From assembly GCF_001194135.2 (NCBI RefSeq), contig NC_069005.1, positions 8,559,804 through 8,623,803 on the forward strand: 64,000 nt of DNA, in the 5' to 3' direction. This DNA is from Octopus bimaculoides (lineage: Eukaryota). A model generated the notes under the pieces. The model searched no databases. It saw nothing but the letters and a program-made list of their open reading frames with translations, and was not told the origin of the DNA. Shown one piece after another: positions 25,903 through 39,580 of this stretch (position 1 is its first letter; each line of letters starts with the position of its first letter). Made by a program: the position numbers and the translations under genes.

Positions 25903-26309
25903 CCATATATATACACACACACACTCACAAACATGCATTCATACAGTAAAAGAAACTTAGGCATACATAGCTACATGCATGTGCATACACTTAGAAATAA
26001 TTACGTACATATATAGAGAGATAAACGAGTACACACAAACACACACATAAATGCACATGCAGAGAGAGAGAGAGAGACACACACCTGCACATACATTCAC
26101 ACACAGACATTGTTGTGTTTCATCATGATGTGCATCATCTTGCACTTAGGTTCAGTGTGCTGTAAAGATCAGCATGTCATTTCCTTCATCTATTCCACAA
26201 TTATCCAATCCCTGATATTTAGATGGATATTTTGGTCTGTGCTGCACACTGGTTTGTTGTCTGCTTGCCCTTCTGTCTGTTTGTCTATTGATCTGTCCAT
26301 CTATCTGCC

Positions 26310-26362
<53 letters not shown>

Positions 26363-26368
26363 TATCTC

Positions 26369-26430
<62 letters not shown>

Positions 26431-26689
26431 AGTCTGTCTGTCTGTCTGTTTATTAATGATCTCTACATACACACACGTCTTTTAGCTTCTATTTGTTGTA
26501 GTCATTGAATTGAGTCCATGCTGGAGCACTGCCTTGAAGGGTTTAGTCAAACAAATTGCCTCCAGAACTACTTTTTTTTGTTTTTTAAGTGTAGTTCTTA
26601 TTCTTTTGGACTCTTTTCCCCAGACGGCTAAGTTTCAGGGACATAAACAAACTAACAGTTGTCATCAAACAATAATGAGGGACAAGTAC

Positions 26690-26866
26690 TCACTACACTC
26701 TCAGAGTGGTTGGCGTTAGGAAGGGGCATCCAGCTGTAGAAACTCTGCCAAATCAGATTGGAGCCTGGTGTAGCCATCTGGGTCACCAGTCCTCAGTCAA
26801 ATCATTCAACCCATGCTAGCATGGAAAGCGGACATTAAACAACGATGATGATGATGATGATGATAT
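26690..26866 (+). mobile_element. Family A element with (GAT)n tail
   Basis: Near-identical to 10115-10308. Confidence 0.9.
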
Positions 26867-26867
26867 T

Positions 26868-27082
26868 AAGGCGGTGAGCTGGCAGAAATGTTAGCATATC
26901 AGGCAAAATACTTAGCGATATTTCATCTGTCTTTACGTTCTGGGTTCAAATTCTGCCAAAGTCGACTTTGCCTTTCATCCTTTTGGGGTTGATAAATTAA
27001 GTACCAGTTGCGTACTGGGTTTGATCTAATTGACTGGCCCCCTCCCCCAAAATTTTAGGCCTTGTGCCTTGAGTAGGAAAGA
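26868..27082 (+). mobile_element. SINE family C directly after the family A (GAT)n tail
   Basis: AAGGCGGTGAGCTGGCAGAAATGTTAGC...CTTGTGCCTTGAGTAGGAAAG. Confidence 0.9.
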
Positions 27083-27426
27083 GTAATGAGGAACATACGC
27101 AAAGACAAAGACACACACATACAGCAGGATTGCACACAGTTTCTATCTACAAAATTCACTCAGAAGGCATCGGTTGGCACAGGGTTGTCGTAGAAGACAC
27201 TCATCCTAGGTGCCATGCAGCAGGACAGAACTTGAAACCACATGGTTGGAAAGAAAGCTTCTTATACCACACAGCCACGCATGTGCCTATACATAAACAT
27301 TCAATACATATATGTAATGTGTGTGTGTGTGTGTGTGTACATAAACATATGTGTGTGTCTGAGTGCACGTTCATATAATCTTTATGTATGTGTGTTTGTG
27401 TATGTGTATTTGTGTGTGTGTGTGTT

Positions 27427-27468
<42 letters not shown>

Positions 27469-27886
27469 CATACACACACACATAAAGATAGACTCGCAGA
27501 CACATGCATACACTCACACAGGAACATACATAAACACACACATACAAGAGATCTGATGTATTATCATAGATTTAGATGTTTTCCTTATCAAGACGCCCCT
27601 ATTGACTATTGATGAGTATTGGATTACAGTGTTTTTTTTTTTTTTACATTATTTTTTTCAAAAAATTTTGTGATGTTTGAAGATTTAACTCATGCCCACC
27701 CCTCTCTATCCCTCTTCCCTCCTAACTCTTTCTCTGCTATTTCATCACCCCCCCGCACCCGGCTCCTGCTGCTGCCTCTCTGCTTCCAATAAGACTTGCT
27801 GGCCATAGTGTCATATAAGCTGCTGTTGCTTTGTTTTATACATACATACATACATACATACATACATACACACACACGTATATGTG

Positions 27887-27920
<34 letters not shown>

Positions 27921-28775
27921 TTTATATATGTATGTATATGCACATACACACACATATATATACACACACACATACATATAGTATATATATATATATAATT
28001 TATTAGCCAGAAATACACATTGTGACTTCTAAGTTTTGCTGCCAACAGCTCATGTGTACAAAGATACTTGTATATATGTATGTATATATGTATATATTAT
28101 GTGTGAGTGTGTTTACATATGCAACGTTAAAAACCTAAATAATCTCCCCATTTGAATGCACAAAACTCCATATCAAAATCTTACTGTATCAGGTTAATCT
28201 TCTAACTAAAAATAATAAAAATGTATGTAAATATATGGAGGCTGTGCTCCATCATGGCCTTGGCTGAATTGGCTAAAACAAACTGAAAACTCCTGTGTGT
28301 GTGTCAGTATCAAGCATTTATTATTGTTTTTTTTTGTTGATTCTTTAATATATCCGTTCTTAAAAAAAGTGTATATATTTTGTTTTTCTTTTGAATGATG
28401 TGTTTTGTGTGTGTGTGTGTGTGTGTGTATTTGCGTGTGTAGTATGTGTGTGTGTGCATGTGTATGTGTGTTTGTGTTAATTTATACAGCGTTTGTGCAT
28501 TTGTGTGTGTGTGCTTTTGCATTAAATCTTGCTGTTTCTTTCTTTGGTTTTAAGAAATGTGTGTGTATCAGTTGTATATATATATGTATATATGTATGTA
28601 TAGGTGTAAGTCCATTGCATTTGTATATTTCAGTATGTGTGTGTACACATATCTATATGTGAATATTTGAGTCTGTGATAGCTGGTATATATGTTTGTGT
28701 GTGTATTTGAGTATATATTTATATATTAGTTAGTGCATGTATAATTAGCCCTCTGTGTGTGTTTTATGCTGGTTA

Positions 28776-28835
<60 letters not shown>

Positions 28836-29153
28836 ATGTATGTGTAAAGCTGTGTGTTTGTTGGTGTCTGTATAGTTATCTATGTGCATGTGTGTATGTT
28901 TGAAACAATGTATGCATAATCACAAACAACAGAAGGGGGTAGGGTAGAATGAAGGAAGGAAAGAAAGAAAGGAGATGAGTGTATGTTAAGATGGAACTGT
29001 AGTAGTAGTAGTAGTAGTAGTAGTAGTTGCCCTTCTTGTTGTTCTTGTTGCGATGTTGATTTTGAAGTTCTTGAATTTATATACAGAGGATGATCTGTAT
29101 GGTATAATACAATATCTTCAAATGAGAATTAAGAAAGGAACAATAAGCAAACA

Positions 29154-29196
<43 letters not shown>

Positions 29197-29383
29197 GTTA
29201 TACTACCAAAATAAACAAAAAGTTTTCAACACAAAAATACCAACACATATAAACCAACCACCAAGATATCCACTCGTAATCTTATGTATACATATATACA
29301 TGCATATATACACATGTACATAGATGAATGCACATGCATGTATGTATGTGTATATATGTATTATGTATGCTTGTAAATATGTA

Positions 29384-29427
<44 letters not shown>

Positions 29428-29791
29428 CATATATATGTATGTATAAATGTGTATGTATTTATTCGCAGTTGACACACTCTGAAGTATATACACTTTTGCC
29501 CACTTCCACACAATCACAAACCCATATGCATTCACAAGCTACATGTCAGTACATGGTCCCATCCCAATGGACATTCATGCATGCTTACATGCATACATGC
29601 ATATTTACATGAAGATACATTTGCAATGCATGCTCACACACAAGCACACACACACATACACACTTACACAAACATACATTCACACACAATCACATACTCA
29701 TACACAGATATATGCAGATGTACACATTCACATGCATACACTCATTCACTTCCTCATAAATATACACACTTGTACATACTCACATATTCAG

Positions 29792-29856
<65 letters not shown>

Positions 29857-30374
29857 TGCATGCTATATTATTTAGATATGTGATTCTGCTAACTGGTATT
29901 AACGTCCACTTAGTGTACAAGCCAACCGATCCTTCCCCCAGACAAACAGGATTATCATGTTGTAAAAGGAGATCTTTTCATCTTATGATGCTGCTCTGCG
30001 TTTAGAGGTTCTTCAACTGTAAACAAACAAACAAAGCAAGAACAGGTTGTTATGGTTATGCCAGATTTTCAGTTCCAACCCCACTGTTCTGTGGTACCTT
30101 GGGCAATTGTCTTTACTCTCCCACACCTGCTAGAGTCAACCAAAGCCTTGTGAGTGACAATTATTTGGTGGGATCTTTATGGAAGACACATGGCAAGACT
30201 GACTACTTCTGTTTTTAGATGGGAGGTTTAATTTGCTGCCTGTGTTAATACTTTCACCACTGTTTGACCATTTTGACCATTGGGTTCCTTTGGCAAAAAA
30301 AAAAAAGAAAAAAAAGGGAGCCACACCATTGCTGTAATCCTCTTTGATATAGGTGGTAATATCTCTAAAGAAAT

Positions 30375-30592
30375 AAGGCAGTGAGCTGGCAGAATCATTA
30401 GCACACCGGGCAAAATACTTAGTGGTATTTTGTCCATTTTTGTGTTCTGAGTTCAAATTTCACTGAGGTTGACTTTACCTTTCATTCCTTTAGGGAGCTG
30501 ATGAAATAAATACTAGTTGACTACTGGATTTAATGTAACAGCCTTACCCTTTTCCTAAAATTGGCCCTGTGCCAAATTTTGAAACCAATATC
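30375..30592 (+). mobile_element. SINE family C
   Basis: AAGGCAGTGAGCTGGCAGAATCATTAGCACACCGGGC...GTGCCAAATTTTGAAACC. Confidence 0.88.
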
Positions 30593-31323
30593 TTTAAAGA
30601 AATATAGTTTCTACATGAAGCTAGTTATTCTCTCAAGTCAAAACTTATTTTTCTTGAGCGAAGGAAAAACATATATCATGCAATCTTTTCAATCCAAAGG
30701 TGACAGTCAAAACCTACTTTACAAATTAAATTTCCTACATCATCATACTCAAAATGTACTGGTACAACACTGACCTTCCAGACACTGGTGGTTTAGAACC
30801 TCTTATAATCCACACTAATTTACTTACAGGAACTTCAAATTCCCATGGCAACTAGTCTTATTTACTTGGTGGCCATGTTTCACAGTAACTTGCACAGTAC
30901 AATACTAATAAATTTGTATAATTTATGCTAATATACAAGTACTTGTTTTTCATTTAATTAAAGCAAATTTAAGTAAATATTTAATTTAGAGGTGACCACC
31001 CCTGGTTTGGAACAATCAGTTATCTGAAAAGGCTTTGGATCCAAAGGCTCTGGAAAATCTTTGTCCTATCTGTATTTGAAATTATACAAACTTTGTGAGA
31101 AAGCAATTAGAATCCTATTCAGCATACATACACAATACAACCAGCTGTTGAATTTCGTGAAACATGTGCCCATAAGGCTCTGCAAGTGAATAATTGTTAC
31201 TTTCTGATGAAGCCACCCTTTAACATTGCTGCTCAACACTAAACATGGAACTAACACATTGTTGATACCAATAACAAACTCAATACTCACCAACATCATC
31301 CAGCAACCACCCAGAATACTACA

Positions 31324-31450
31324 GGAAATGCCATCTGGTATAACCCACCAAACAGCATTGTCATGCATTTTGCTCTTTATTGCCACAGATTTCTCCCAGT
31401 TCAACAAGGACAACATAAATATAAGGTACAGCTACATGAAAATCATCTAA
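31324..31450 (+). mobile_element. Penelope-like element (PLE) ORF fragment, RT-endonuclease linker
   Basis: NAIWYNPP followed, in another frame, by FNKDNINIRYSYM; resembles the PLE linker IIWFNPPYS...FNRNNIKVSYSCM. Confidence 0.6.
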
Positions 31451-31570
31451 AATTTTATTAACATGGTGGACTCTCTTGTTGTAAATAACGGATTAGGGCT
31501 TTGCAACTCTTTGCTGAACTCTGCACAGATAATGTTTTTGTAGTGATCAAATGTTTGCGATGTACATTAA

Positions 31571-31792
31571 CCCTTTCATTACCAACCTGGCTGAAACCGC
31601 CTCTAGCACTGTAGTACAAATGTCTTGCTTTCAAAAGTTTTGAATTAAAATCTTCCACCAAACCTTAGTCACAATTTATGTTCCTAACACTAGCTTAATG
31701 ATAACTAAGTTATTTTGCTAAATTCTTTGTTATATTTAAAATTAATTGAAAGAAACACAGAGTATCTCAACAGAAATATGGTAACAAAAGGG
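31571..31792. mobile_element. piggyBac-type MITE (copy 2, 222 bp) with perfect TTAA TSD
   Basis: TTAA|CCCTTTCATTACC...GGTAACAAAAGGG|TTAA. Confidence 0.92.
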
Positions 31793-31799
31793 TTAACTT

Positions 31800-31980
31800 A
31801 CTTTCGCCATCAAATCAACATTGCCTGTGCAGGTGCATGGTGTGCCACATGTCAGATGTTGAAGTAATTACGGGGCAACATGAAATGAAGTGTTTTGCTT
31901 AAGAGCACAATGGAATTGAAACCACAATCTTGCAATTGTGAGTGCAACACCCTAACCACTAGGCCATGTGCCTTCGCATA
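31800..31980 (-). mobile_element. SINE family E
   Basis: TGAAATGAAGTGTTTTGCTTAAGAGCACAA..GAATTGAAACCACAATCTTGCAATTGTGAGTGCAACACCCTAACCACTAGGCCATGTGCCTT. Confidence 0.8.
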
Positions 31981-32864
31981 TTCAATGAAAAAGGAACCAG
32001 CATGCAGTAATTTAAATGTTGAAGTTTCTACCTAAAGTGCAATGCCTATAAAAAGACACTGTATACTTTGCTGATGTCTCATCAAAAGTGCATGACCAAG
32101 CTATATGAGTGCTATATTTTGGGGGATTTTGAATATCTCATTGCCAATAATGTTATCATGACATTGGGCTGCGCACAAGGGTGTTGGAATAGTATTACCC
32201 AAATATTTGGATATGGTAATCTGGAATAACATTTTGCAGAATTAATATGTTCCTGCTGTATGCACTCTGTACTACACCAAACATAGGTATGATATTAAAC
32301 TAACACAGTAATCCAATATGAATGATCAATGCTGTCAACTCCTGGCAGTTCACACAGTTTCTTTATTTTTATTGAAATGCATCGATCCACTTGTGGTGGG
32401 GGTGGTCAGGATCCTTCCACAGCAATGAAACGAGCTGAGTATTCTTTCAAGTCATCTAAGGGAGCACAACAGTTCATTTTGTCACTTGTACCCGGACACC
32501 AGCACATCACTTTCAAAGCATTCTTGTAAATCAAGTAACAGAGGAGAAACCAATGCCATTACAAGAGTAATGCTAGATAAGGCACAAGCAGTTTGGAATG
32601 GATAGATGTTCTCTGCACCTTTGCCTTACAAACGATGGCGTCAAATAATGTGAAACTAGGTCTAGTGAAAGAGGTGAATCACCAGAATCTTGTAAATAAA
32701 TATGAAGTTCAACGTCTATGTAGGTAGCACTTATACTCTTATTTGTGGAAAAAGAAACATGTATGTTTGTATGTGTGTGTATATATATATATATACATAC
32801 ACACATACACATATGCACACATAAATATATATACACGCACATATGTACATATATATACATACCT

Positions 32865-32899
<35 letters not shown>

Positions 32900-33574
32900 C
32901 ACACACACACATGCATACACACAAATACACACACAGTAGATTATAATTATTTATTGCATGCAGCTGGTACTGCCCTCTATTGGTTTTTGCAGTTTGTCAT
33001 TTTTTGTGTTTCCCACCATGTGTGTGTATGAGTGTGTCTACACATGCATGCCCACACACATTCGCACACACATTCAGAGAATTGTAAGAACCTATGGAAA
33101 TTAAAATAAATTGAAATAGTAAAAAAAATGCCATTGATTGGTTGAGTCTAAGATCAAGGGGTGAGCCTTAACAAGCTCTTGTTCTGCTTCATGAATAGGA
33201 TTAGTTAAATGTACTTCTGCAAATAGTGTTAATGAAGTCCTATGTTCTTTTTCAAAGAACTTCTTAAATAACAATAGGAAATTTAATAAGTCAACACTCC
33301 ATTTTTGTATGTGGGTGTGTGTGTGTGTGTGTTTCTTTAAAGTTCTAAGAGAAATTTCTTTCTTTCTTTCTTTCTTTCCCATGAGTGTGTGTTTTATTTT
33401 GTTTTTCACAACTTGATTGAAGAAAGCTTAAATTGCTTGTTTACATATGTGTATTTTCTAGCGAAATAATTAGGCATTGTATGGGTTTATGTGCCCAAAA
33501 TCTCAGGTGAGATATTGTAAACATTTCATGCCATTGCATTTTTGATAAACAAAAAATATATATATTTATTGGAA

Positions 33575-33730
33575 TAGGCATGGCTGTGCGGTAAGAAGCT
33601 TGCTTCCCAACCACATAATTCAGGTTCAGTTCCACTGCGTGGCACTTTGGACAGGTGTCTTCTACTATAGCCTTAGATCAATCAAATCCTTGTGAGTGGA
33701 TTTGGTAGACAGAAACTGAAAGAAACTGAT
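33575..33730 (+). mobile_element. SINE family B, 5' half
   Basis: GGCATGGCTGTGCGGTAAGAAGCTTGCTTCCCAACCAC..GGTTCAGTTCCACTGCGTGGCAC. Confidence 0.9.
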
Positions 33731-33838
33731 TGAGTGTGTGTGTGAGGTTCTCTCTTTCCTTTCCTGAGCGTCCAATAATACTATCCATATCACGTCCTCA
33801 CTTTGTTGTTTTTTTGTTTTTTTGTTATTGTTTTTTTG

Positions 33839-33876
<38 letters not shown>

Positions 33877-34704
33877 TACAGAAAATAAAAGAATTCTTGA
33901 ATGTGGATAGGCTGTGAAAGCAGTTTAGAAAATCAGGTAAATACCCTTGAAGATAAAAAAAAGTCAGCAAGCCTTAACAGAGAATTGAACCCTGTATGTC
34001 TCAGATTCCAGATGAGTGCTCTGTACCATTATNNNNNNNNNNNNNNNNNNNNNNNNNNNNNNNNNNNNNNNNNNNNNNNNNNNNNNNNNNNNNNNNNNNN
34101 NNNNNNNNNNNNNNNNNNNNNNNNNNNNNNNNNNNNNNNNNNNNNNNNNNNNNNNNNNNNNNNNNNNNNNNNNNNNNNNNNNNNNNNNNNNNNNNNNNNN
34201 NNNNNNNNNNNNNNNNNNNNNNNNNNNNNNNNNNNNNNNNNNNNNNNNNNNNNNNNNNNNNNNNNNNNNNNNNNNNNNNNNNNNNNNNNNNNNNNNNNNN
34301 NNNNNNNNNNNNNNNNNNNNNNNNNNNNNNNNNNNNNNNNNNNNNNNNNNNNNNNNNNNNNNNNNNNNNNNNNNNNNNNNNNNNNNNNNNNNNNNNNNNN
34401 NNNNNNNNNNNNNNNNNNNNNNNNNNNNNNNNNNNNNNNNNNNNNNNNNNNNNNNNNNNNNNNNNNNNNNNNNNNNNNNNNNNNNNNNNNNNNNNNNNNN
34501 NNNNNNNNNNNNNNNNNNNNNNNNNNNNNNNNNNNNNNNNNNNNNNNNNNNNNNNNNNNNNNNNNNNNNNNNNNNNNNNNNNNNNNNNNNNNNNNNNNNN
34601 NNNNNNNNNNNNNNNNNNNNNNNNNNNNNNNNNNNNNATTTTGATAAATTAAATTAAATTGAATTTTTACCTGTAAATTTGAATTTTTATCCCTAATATT
34701 ATTA

Positions 34705-34756
<52 letters not shown>

Positions 34757-34776
34757 GTATGAGACCTATGGAGATA

Positions 34777-35040
34777 TGCTGTGCTTGAAGAGACCTGGCA
34801 AGCCAAGTGAAACCATTGTCATGGCTGATGCCAGTACCATCTGACTTGCACCTGTGCAGGTGGCATGTAAAAAGCACCCACTACACTGTTGGAGTGGTTG
34901 GCATTAGGAAGGGCATCCAGCTGTAGAAACTTTGCCAGATTAGATTGGATCTTGGTGCAGCCTCCTGGCTTGCCAGTTCTCAGTCAAACCGTCCAACCTA
35001 TGCCAGCATGGAAAGCAGACAATAAACAATGATGATGATG
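34777..35040 (+). mobile_element. Family A element with (GAT)n tail
   Basis: Same blocks as 10115-10308 plus an upstream extension. Confidence 0.88.
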
Positions 35041-35726
35041 TGTGTGTCTATGTGAAAGAATGAACCACATACATAATGAGGAAAGAAGTGGACCTCAATA
35101 TCATTGAAATATAGGAATATTATTAATGTATGATATATCCAACTTTACATTCTGAGTTCAAATGCCACAAAGGTTGACTTAGCTTTTCATCTTTTCAGGA
35201 TCATTAAAATAAATACCTGTTGAGCCCCGAGGTTGATAAAATTGACTTCCCTCTTCAGTGGAACTACTGACCTTGTACCGAAATTTGAAACCAATATATA
35301 ATATAAGATACAGTCACCATCATCATCTCACATCTGTTTTCCGTATTGGCTTCGGTTGGACGGTTGTGACTTACCTTTTGTATAGCCAGAATAATCTTGT
35401 CCAATATAGAGTGAGTAAGGTTATTCAAGGAAAACTTGAAACTTGGCTGCTCTTTCTAGCAGTTCAAGTGACTGTGTAGAGATTCCACTCTTGGACTGGC
35501 AGTGTTATAGTGGTGGTAGTGGTAGTGGTGGTGGTATCAGTAGTGTTATTTTTGTGGTTGTTTAGTTTCATGCCAGACACAATCTAGCAGATTTTTGATT
35601 AAAGTTATTCTGATTGTGGCCACCTTGTGTTTGTTTGTGTTTTTTTTTTATATTCTGTCATAGAGATATATATTTTTTTATAGACACTTGGCTTCCAACA
35701 TAGCTTGTATATATGTGTATCAATGT

Positions 35727-35763
<37 letters not shown>

Positions 35764-36822
35764 GGACTTATTTCAGTTTCTGTCTTTCGAATCCACTCAC
35801 AAGTCTTTGGTCAGCCTGGAGCAATACTAGAAGACTCTTGCCTCAGGTGCCATGCAGTGGGAATGAACCCANNNNNNNNNNAATAGTAGAAGACTCTTGC
35901 CTCAGGTGCCATGCAGTGGGAATGAACCCAGAACTATTCCTGTGGCCATAAATGTATATATACATCAATACACACTTCTATATATAATAAACTATATATA
36001 TTTATATGATTATATGCTGAATACTTTATCTAAGCTAATTTTTTTTTTTATTGTAACTTGAATTTCCTATCATCGTAATTAACGGGAAAGTTATTTTTTT
36101 CACGGTGTTTCAGGTTAGTTTTCTATACATTGTAGCTTGGCTTCAATGTTTTGTATATCGTTACCATTTTCATTTCCTTACTTTTTTCTTTTACATACTG
36201 TTTTATGAGTGTGCCATCTAGAGTTATATTCGTTTTACACACCCGCACCCCCACACCACAAACACCAATATTGTTTAAGTCAGCTCTTACCCAGCGGGCC
36301 TATGATCACAGGTGTTCTAGTTGTGGCCATCATTTCAAAGTTTCTTTCTTTTTTTTTTTTGGTTAAACAGTAGAGTGTAATGTAATATGAAGGAAACTTG
36401 TCTGCTACATTTTGTGGATTATAGAAATTCTGTCATTGGTTTGTCATTTGCTTGTTGTTGCTGTTCTACTTCATTTCACTCATTTTCTCGTCTGGTTCAT
36501 GTCTTTAAGCCATGAACACGGAACAGCCTCATTTCTTTGTTCATCTCTGAAAACTAAAACAAAACCAAAATATGTTCCTCTCCTCGCACAGATGTTGTGT
36601 CTTAGTAATAATTGTTAAAGGTGGTGGTGAATTGGTAGGATCAGTAGAGCATCAAAAAAATTGCTTTGTGGTAATTGTTGTGGCTATTTGCAATCTGAGT
36701 TCAAAACCATACCGCATCCCCTGAGACCAATAATTTTGCCTTTCATCTCTCTGGAGATGATGAAATAAAGTAAGTGTGAGTTGAGTATTGGTGTCTATTT
36801 AATCTATTAAACTTCATCATCA

Positions 36823-37108
36823 TCATGATCATCATTGTTTAATGTCCACCTTCCATGCTAGCATGGGTTGGACGGTTTGACTGCGGACTGGTGAACCAGA
36901 TGGCTACACCAGGCTCCAATCTGATTTGGCAGAGTTTCTACAGCTGGATGCCCTTCTTAACACCAACCACTCCGAGAGTGTAGTGGGTGCTTTTTACGTG
37001 CCACCAGCATGACTGCCAGTCAGGCGGTACTGGCAACAGCTATGCTCAAAATGGTGCATTTTGCATGCCACCTGCACAGGAGCCAGTCCAGTGGCACTGG
37101 CAACAACC
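36823..37108 (-). mobile_element. Family A element
   Basis: (CAT)n-TGTTTAATGTCCACCTTCCATGCTAGCATGGGTTGGACGG...CTACAGCTGGATGCCC. Confidence 0.9.
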
Positions 37109-37134
37109 CTTAAGACATTGAGCGTTAAAAACAC

Positions 37135-37590
37135 TAAATAATCTTTTAATGTCTTTATTTCAAATTTTGGCTCAGAGCTAGCAAATTTTGTGTCAAGGTA
37201 TAAATTGGTTACATTGACTGGTATTTCATTTATCAACCCCCGAAAGATGGAAGCAAAGTCAACCTTAGTAGAACTTGAATCCAGAGTGTAAAGTGTCAAA
37301 GAAGTGCCAATAAGTGTTTTTTTATCTGACATGTTAACAATTCTGCCAGCTCACTGCCTTTAATTAATCTTTTAATTTTCTTTCCTAATTTTGGTACAAG
37401 GCCAGCAGTAATAAGGAGTGGGGGGGGGGTGCAAGTTGATTACATTGACTCCAATATGTCAACCCCAAAAGGATAAAAGGCAAAGTCTGTCTCAGTGGGA
37501 CTTGAACTCGAAATGTACAGAGTCAGAGAATATGCCACGAAGCATTTTGTCCAATGTGACAAGAATTCTGCCAGCTTGCCATCTTAATTA
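37135..37590 (-). mobile_element. Two tandem SINE family C copies
   Basis: Two reverse-complement copies, each ending ATTCTGCCAGCT..C.CC/T. Confidence 0.8.
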
Positions 37591-38007
37591 ACCCTTTGAT
37601 ATTAGAGCTGATTCAGGTCGTTATGACCCATCCAACCCATACCAGCATAGAAGGCAGACAAAAAAATCATCATCATCATCATTATCATCATCATTATTGT
37701 TATTGCTGTTGTTGTTGTTGTAGAGATGTCTGAAGTGTCCTCTTCTACCTCTGGCAACGAGAACAAGACCAATAAGCAGAATATACTGATAAGCTTTGCT
37801 TGCATTCTGTGCATGTGTGTGTGTGTGTGTGTGCGCATGTGTCTCCATGTATTTGTGTGCGTGTGTTTCCACATGTATTTGTGTGTGTGTGTGTATTTAT
37901 GTGCGTGTAGTATGTGTGTTTGTGTCTCTATGTATTTGAGTTTGTATGCATGTAGTATGTGTATGTGTCTCCATGTATTTGTGTGTGTGTGTGTGTGTTC
38001 ATGTATA

Positions 38008-38044
<37 letters not shown>

Positions 38045-38419
38045 GTGTGTACCTGAGCTGAAGAAAGTCTGTGCATCGCATGCAGCATATAAGTGTGCAC
38101 CAGTCAAATACTTACGTCATTGATGCTGGCATTATCAGACTCAAATACAACAATACTGTTTGATTTTATTACAGTTGGAGCAAGACTAAGTATAAGAATA
38201 GGGGGGGGGGGAAAGATAAATAATAGTTAAAGAAAATACAAGAAAGAAAAATAAAAGGGGAAAAAAAAGACCCTGAAAAGAAACTGTAAAGAATTAAAAG
38301 CATATTTCACCTGTTTTGGGGTTTTTGCTGTGAATGGATGTAATCTGTGAAGATATGCAAGTGTCTTTGTTCAGCTTGAGTCTATCCAAAGAAGCAACAC
38401 TACTTAATTCTTCAGCTGT

Positions 38420-38684
38420 TTACTGACATTTCTGGGAAAAGAAAAGAGGAGATGAAGAGTGAGTGAGGGAGAGAGAGAGAAGGGAGAGGGTGGGGATGTA
38501 AAAGCAAAAGAAGTTAGGGGAGGGAGGAATAGAAAGAGAGAATGAGAGAGAAAGAGATGAGGAGCAAAAGAGGGTGGCAGAAAGTGAGAAAGAGGGAGAA
38601 CAAGTGTTAAAGAGTAAAAATGGGGGAAAAAATAAATGGAAAAAGACAGAGAGCAAAGAGAAAGAAATGGTGTGAGAGATAGAG

Positions 38685-38720
<36 letters not shown>

Positions 38721-39030
38721 AGACAGGTAGACTGGGAGCAAAAGAGAGAGGGAGAGAGACTGGGAGGAAAAGCGAGAGGGAGAGAGACAGGGAGCAAAAG
38801 AGAGGGAAAGAATGAGGGAGCAACAGAGAGAGGGAGAGAGAGAGACAGGGAGGAAGAGTGAGAGACGAAACAAAGAAAGACTGAGATAGAGAGGGAGAGA
38901 AATAAGGAGCAAACAAAAAGGTGAGAGAAAAGTTAGGAGAGAGAGAGAAAGAAAAGGAAAGAGAGCAAATGTAATGGTGAGAGGGAGAGAGAGAGAAGCA
39001 GAGAGAGAAACAGACAGATAGGGGAAAAAA
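38420..39030. repeat. Long polypurine (GA-rich) tract with internal GGGAGCAAAAGAGAGAGG-type repeats
   Basis: Direct reading. Confidence 0.9.
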
Positions 39031-39512
39031 AAAGCGATTCAATTTAAATCAGTTTGTTAGATTTAAAAGAAAGTATTTAAAAATACAAAAAAAAAAAAAA
39101 TTAAAAGCGAAGAAGTAAAATGTAAACGTAAAAAAAGAAAAAAAAAGGAAGGAAATAATGAAGAGAGAAAATAATGATTAAAAAAAAAAAATGATATAAA
39201 TCAGGGTAGCAACGTGAGATCCCTCTCTGAATTCATTCTTACTCCTCTTCATTTGAACCACTACACACTGCACACGATAAAATTTCGGTAACATTTTGGT
39301 CATTTATTCATAGTCAGCATATTTAATAAACTGACTGTTAGAACCCACCACCACCACTACCACCATCACCACTACCACCACCACCAACACCACCACCACT
39401 ACATCATCAACTCTACCCCCTCCTCCACCATTGCTACCACCAAAATCAGAAAATAAGAATAAACCTTGATAATACAGCAAAAATCATTTTATTCTCTCTC
39501 TCTCTCTCCCTC

Positions 39513-39580
39513 TCTGTCGCTCTCTTTCTCTGTCGCTCTCTTTCTCTGTCGCTCTCTTTCTTTCTCTGTCGCTCTCTTTC
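39513..39580. repeat. 16-bp minisatellite TCTGTCGCTCTCTTTC x4
   Basis: Direct reading; one 4-bp insertion lies between copies 3 and 4. Confidence 0.9.
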
